Below, one piece after another: positions 46,124 through 49,971 of a stretch of DNA of 49,971 bases. Position 1 is the stretch's first letter. The number at the start of each line of letters is the position of its first letter. The stretch lies in contig JAYPJE010000031.1 in assembly GCA_038128265.1 (NCBI GenBank), positions 1-49,971 of the forward strand, given 5' to 3'. The notes under the pieces were generated by a model. It had not been told where the DNA came from, did not search any database, and worked only from the letters and a program-made list of their open reading frames with translations. The translations under genes and the position numbers were made by a program. Origin of the DNA: Gemmatimonadota bacterium (GTDB lineage: Bacteria; Latescibacterota; UBA2968; UBA8231).

Positions 46124-46152
46124 AATATACGTCGATACGTTTCGGAAATCAA
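46124..46152 (-). promoter_or_regulatory. Putative sigma70 promoter of csp, implying a 5' leader of about 180 nt
   Basis: Minus strand TTGATT-N17-TATATT. Confidence 0.6.
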
Positions 46153-46174
46153 TTGCCTTGTAACGGCGGTTTTT

Positions 46175-46543
46175 TCATGCGTCGCCTTCGTCAAACGCCC
46201 TGCGTATGGCCGCCAGTAAATCCTCTGCCTGCACAGGTTTAGACAGCGTGCAGAGCGCGCCCATTTCCATCGCTCGATCCTCCGTTTGCTGCGAGGCGCC
46301 GGAGAGCACGATCACCTGTACGGCAGGGGTATGGGCACGCACGTGTTCGATGACGCCAAAGCCATCCAACTCGGGCATGTTGAGATCCGTTACAATGAGA
46401 TCAGCCGGATCCTCTTCGTGGATCTCGACGCCTTCGCGCCCGTCCATGGCGACGCTGACGCGGTAGTCTCCTGCGTTCTCAACCGTTTGCGAGAGTTGTA
46501 GGGCGATTATGCCTTCGTCTTCTATGAGGAGGATGTGTTTCAT
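46175..46543 (-). CDS. Single-domain response regulator
   Basis: ILLIEDE, VTDLNMPELDG, VLSG and SKP motifs. Confidence 0.9.
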   Translation of the reverse strand: MKHILLIEDEGIIALQLSQTVENAGDYRVSVAMDGREGVEIHEEDPADLIVTDLNMPELDGFGVIEHVRAHTPAVQVIVLSGASQQTEDRAMEMGALCTLSKPVQAEDLLAAIRRAFDEGDA

Positions 46544-46575
46544 ATCGAGGTTTAGCCTGTGTAATTGGACCAGCT

Positions 46576-46604
46576 AATAAACGGACAACTGCATGGCAGA
46601 TCAA
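46576..46604 (-). promoter_or_regulatory. Possible sigma70 promoter of the response regulator
   Basis: Minus strand TTGATC-N17-TTTATT. Confidence 0.35.
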
Positions 46605-46707
46605 GCAAGAAAGCAGGACCGCTGGCAGCACGGGTTAGATCATATGCAAATAATCACTATATTTGATGGGTTGCATTTCGCACAATATTGCCACTAGGAG
46701 GGCACAT

Positions 46708-47856
46708 ATGTTTAATGCGCGCTGCATATATGGTCTGTTGGCGTGGGCAGTAGTGTTTAGTTCTACTGCACTCCATGCGCAGAAACCACCCACGGACCTT
46801 ACGGACTTAGATATCGAAGAAATTCTTTCGCTTCACATCAACCGCGTCGATTTTGAGCGCTGGCACGTCGGTTATCGCTTTCTCTTTGCGTCTTTTGATG
46901 GCTATCGCGACGGCACGAAGGATCTCGATCTGGACGAGGTGCTGGGACCGCCGCCTACGGGCAGGTTCCCGGTCACGCCTACGGTCATCACGCAGCAGGC
47001 GCACATGGTCGACATTTCTTATAACGTGTCACAGGAATTGTCGGTGGCCCTGCAGCTGCCCTTTATACGGCAGTCTTCCGATCACGAAAGCATCGTTGTT
47101 AAGACCGTCGACGGCGTCGAATACAACTTCAGCGAATTCAACATCACCTCGTCGGGAGTCGGTGATATCGCTCTGTCCGGATCGTATTTGCACCGATTGG
47201 AAAGCGGCCAGCGGGTTCTCGCAGGCTTGGCGCTCAACCTGCCCACCGGCTCGATAGACGAGAAGGGTTTGACGCCGCGCGATCCACCGAACAACACGCT
47301 GCTGCCCTTTACAATGCAGATCGGGTCGGGCACGTTGGACCTAGCGCCGACGCTGGCCTATTCGCATCGAAGCGACGCCCTGCGCTGGAGTGCATTTACG
47401 AGCGCCGTGCTGCGCATGGGTAAAAACGATCACGACTACACGCTGGGCAATCGCTTTGCACTTGGTGGATCTATCAGCTACAAAGCGCGCGATTGGGCGG
47501 AGCCCTTTGTGCGCATTTCATACAAGACGACGGGTAGCATAGACGGTGTTAATGAAGACCTGGTCGTTCCGGCGCCGCCGCCGTGTGGGGACGGTTGCCC
47601 CGGTCCCGTCGGTGTGAATGCGGCCGACATCAGCTTGGCCGGCCCGCAGGTCTTTCCCGCGCCCGTTACCAATCCGGCGCTCTTTGGCGGTAAAGAAGTC
47701 GAACTGCGTCTGGGTAGCAAAATCAAGGTCAACAAGGGTCTGCAAGAGCGATTTGCGGTCGATGTCGAATATGGCCTACCTATCTATCAATCGCTCAACG
47801 GTCCACAGCCCAAAGAGTTGGGGCGTATCGGGTTGAGTGCGATCGCTACATTCTGA
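46708..47856 (+). CDS. Outer-membrane beta-barrel protein (MetA-pathway/SphA 'transporter'-like)
   Basis: Signal peptide; SGVGDI, LNLPTGS, LPFTMQIGSGT.D, DYTLGN and LPIYQSLNGPQ; C-terminal Phe; AGGAGG RBS before the ATG at 46708. Confidence 0.72.
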   Translation: MFNARCIYGLLAWAVVFSSTALHAQKPPTDLTDLDIEEILSLHINRVDFERWHVGYRFLFASFDGYRDGTKDLDLDEVLGPPPTGRFPVTPTVITQQAHMVDISYNVSQELSVALQLPFIRQSSDHESIVVKTVDGVEYNFSEFNITSSGVGDIALSGSYLHRLESGQRVLAGLALNLPTGSIDEKGLTPRDPPNNTLLPFTMQIGSGTLDLAPTLAYSHRSDALRWSAFTSAVLRMGKNDHDYTLGNRFALGGSISYKARDWAEPFVRISYKTTGSIDGVNEDLVVPAPPPCGDGCPGPVGVNAADISLAGPQVFPAPVTNPALFGGKEVELRLGSKIKVNKGLQERFAVDVEYGLPIYQSLNGPQPKELGRIGLSAIATF

Positions 47857-47863
47857 TAGCTCG

Positions 47864-48421
47864 TTGTACGTACAGTTTCGCACATGTGCGCTACGGCTCT
47901 TTTGGGGATGGCTTCTCCTCTTCTGCGGTCAACGCGCTGCCATCGCCGACAGCGATGTAGGAGAGTATCAGGCAAAAACGGCGCTGATATACAACTTTGC
48001 CAAGTTGGTCCGCTGGCCAGATAATGCCTTTGCCGACGGCGACAGTCCGTTTGTATTTGCTTTTCTTTCGCCCGATACGCTAGGTGCAGCGCCCCAAATG
48101 ATTCGCGGTAAGCGCATACACGGCCGCTCTCTTGAGGTGCGCTACTATCGCGATGTGCAGTCGGTCGAGCAGGGTCACGTGCTGTTCTGCAGCCCAGACA
48201 GCTTGCGCAAACTGCGAGAAGTTGTGCCGGATTTGCCCGCGCTGGACCACGTGCTCACCGTGGGGCAAACCGGCGACTTCGCGCAGCGGGGAGGTATCTT
48301 GGAGCTGACGTTTGACGAGGATCACCTAGCGTTTATCGTCAACCTAGTAGCTGCGCGCAACACCGATTTAGATATCAGTGCCAACCTGCTCAAACTGGCG
48401 TCAAAAGTCATAGAAGATTGA
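47864..48421 (+). CDS. yfiR: YfiR-family periplasmic protein
   Basis: EYQAKTALIYNFAKLVRWP, HVLF, LTVG...FAQRGG and F.VNL.AA....ISANLLKLA; start uncertain (47837 or 47864). Confidence 0.88.
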   Translation: MYVQFRTCALRLFWGWLLLFCGQRAAIADSDVGEYQAKTALIYNFAKLVRWPDNAFADGDSPFVFAFLSPDTLGAAPQMIRGKRIHGRSLEVRYYRDVQSVEQGHVLFCSPDSLRKLREVVPDLPALDHVLTVGQTGDFAQRGGILELTFDEDHLAFIVNLVAARNTDLDISANLLKLASKVIED

Positions 48422-48422
48422 T

Positions 48423-49835
48423 ATGCGCGACTTTGCCAGCTTACCCCTAGAGCGCAAACTAACGCTGATCGTCGTCCTGACGACGGCGTTTGGCATGGTT
48501 TTGACATCGATAGCAATCATCGCCTACCAGACGTTTACGTTTACCAATTTTATGATTTCTGAGCTGGAGACCGTTGCCGATGTGCTGGGAAAAAATGGCA
48601 CTGCGGCTCTGCGCTTTCAGGCAAAGAGAGATGCTGAAAACACGCTTGCTTCACTGCGAGCCAAGCCCAATATAACGGGTGCGCGCTTTCTCAATCCGGA
48701 TGGTAGCACATTCGCGATGTATGCGCGCAGTCCCAATTTGCCGCCCCAGCTCGAAGTGCCACTGAGCGAAGGGTATGCCATTGACCTGCGGCAGCTCACC
48801 TGGACCAAATATGTCTATCAGGACGGCGATCTACTCGGTGCAATATACATCGAGTCGGATGTCGGCGTGCTCTATCGGCAGCTGTTCCACTCAATATCGA
48901 CGATTCTGCTGATCACCCTTATTGCGGCGGCGCTGGCCCTATTTCTGGGTATCAGGTTTTTGCGCACAGTATCTGAGCCCATTAACCATCTGATTCACAC
49001 GGCTAACCGCATCTCGGAAGAGCGCGATTACTCGCTGCGCGCCGAACAATACGCCGCCGACGACCTCGGAGCGCTGACGGTGGAATTTAACGAGATGCTC
49101 GCCGAGATTGAACTGCGCGACGCCGAGATGGAGCGCCGCGTGCGCGAGCGCACGGAGGCATTGTCGCACGCCAACCAGACCTTGGAGTCCTCGCTCGAAG
49201 AAAAAGTCGTTCTGCTCAAGGAGATCCACCACAGGGTCAAGAACAACCTTCAGATCATATCTAGCCTGCTTAGCCTACAGGCGCGCGATATTGCCGACGC
49301 GCGCGACCTTGACCTGTTTGTCAATAGCCAGAATCGCGTGCAGACTATGGCGCTGATTCACGAGCGCCTCTACCAGTCGGACGATTTGGCCCGGGTCGAT
49401 TTTACGGAATATATACCGGTGCTGGTCGACAGCCTGTTTACCACCTACAAGACCAGTGATCAAGACATTGAACTACGGGTCGAGGTGAGCGATTTGATGC
49501 TGGATCTCGACCAAGCCATTCCCTGCGGTCTGATGATAAACGAGCTGATTTCAAACGCGCTCAAATACGCTTTTCCAGATGGGCGTTCGGGCTCGATATA
49601 CATCGGCCTGCGCGCTGTCGAGGAAAAGCGCGTCGAGTTAGAAGTAGCCGACGACGGCGTGGGACTGCCCGCCGATGTGACCACGCGAGGGGCAAAGACG
49701 CTTGGTCTGCAGCTGATTCAGATTCTCACGCGGCAGCTGCGGGGGCGCTTTGAAACAAAAAGTCGGGAACGGGGTGCGCACTTTTGTATCACCTTTCCCC
49801 TGATGGAAGAAAGGGCCGTTAAGAATCTGGTCTGA
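48423..49835 (+). CDS. Sensor histidine kinase: CHASE8-like periplasmic domain, HAMP and HisKA_2/HATPase
   Basis: AALRF...DAENTLASL, PI..L......IS..RDYSLRA, EIHHRVKNNLQ, MALIHE.LY, NELISNALKYAF, DDGVG and LGLQLI. Confidence 0.9.
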   Translation: MRDFASLPLERKLTLIVVLTTAFGMVLTSIAIIAYQTFTFTNFMISELETVADVLGKNGTAALRFQAKRDAENTLASLRAKPNITGARFLNPDGSTFAMYARSPNLPPQLEVPLSEGYAIDLRQLTWTKYVYQDGDLLGAIYIESDVGVLYRQLFHSISTILLITLIAAALALFLGIRFLRTVSEPINHLIHTANRISEERDYSLRAEQYAADDLGALTVEFNEMLAEIELRDAEMERRVRERTEALSHANQTLESSLEEKVVLLKEIHHRVKNNLQIISSLLSLQARDIADARDLDLFVNSQNRVQTMALIHERLYQSDDLARVDFTEYIPVLVDSLFTTYKTSDQDIELRVEVSDLMLDLDQAIPCGLMINELISNALKYAFPDGRSGSIYIGLRAVEEKRVELEVADDGVGLPADVTTRGAKTLGLQLIQILTRQLRGRFETKSRERGAHFCITFPLMEERAVKNLV

Positions 49836-49916
49836 GTACTTGCCAGAGCGGGGTGAATGTATTTGTTTAGTCGAGCGCTTGGCCCGAGCTGAAAATTTCA
49901 TAAATTATTGTTTTTA

Positions 49917-49971
49917 GTGCCCATAGCTCAGCTGGATAGAGCATCTGCCTTCTAAGCAGACGGTCGCAGGT
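49917..49971 (+). tRNA. trnR: tRNA-Arg(TCT), 3'-truncated by the window edge
   Basis: GTGCCCA acceptor, TAGCTCAGCTGGATAGAGC D-arm, TCTGC-CTTCTAA-GCAGA anticodon arm (anticodon TCT), then GGTC and the start of the T-arm. Confidence 0.93.

Noticed and set aside
46175..49971. Genomic island integrated at tRNA-Arg
   Set aside because: No integrase or tRNA 3'-end duplication is visible, and these genes lie on the 5' side of the tRNA

Overview
GC-rich bacterial chromosomal segment with about 47 protein genes and the 5' part of a tRNA-Arg(TCT) at the right edge. No integrase, transposase, phage gene or CRISPR array was seen. The content is mostly accessory catabolism: four PhyH-type 2OG-Fe(II) dioxygenases, FAH and RraA families, an enolase-superfamily enzyme, GMC, Gfo/Idh/MocA, AKR and SDR oxidoreductases, two CE15-type esterases, a sugar ABC importer, ThuA and DUF362. 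There are scattered housekeeping genes (moaA, folC, ettA, purN, csp) and several two-component signalling genes. This gene mix suggests a diderm environmental lineage such as Latescibacterota or Poribacteria (inference only). Best leads: (1) a FolC protein fused to a RimK-like ATP-grasp domain; (2) an operon of an internally duplicated unknown membrane protein, a GMC oxidase and a Gfo/Idh/MocA enzyme, facing a TIM-barrel/AKR/SDR set, possibly a keto-glycoside pathway; (3) an aspartate-dehydrogenase-like protein that looks like animal ASPDH rather than NadX, in a sugar-acid operon; (4) a YfiR/CHASE8-kinase module paired with a small beta-barrel carrying the acidic N-terminal peptide usually seen on YfiR-associated TonB receptors; (5) GUAGAU repeats in the csp leader. 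All family calls are from motif recognition by eye; no database searches were run.
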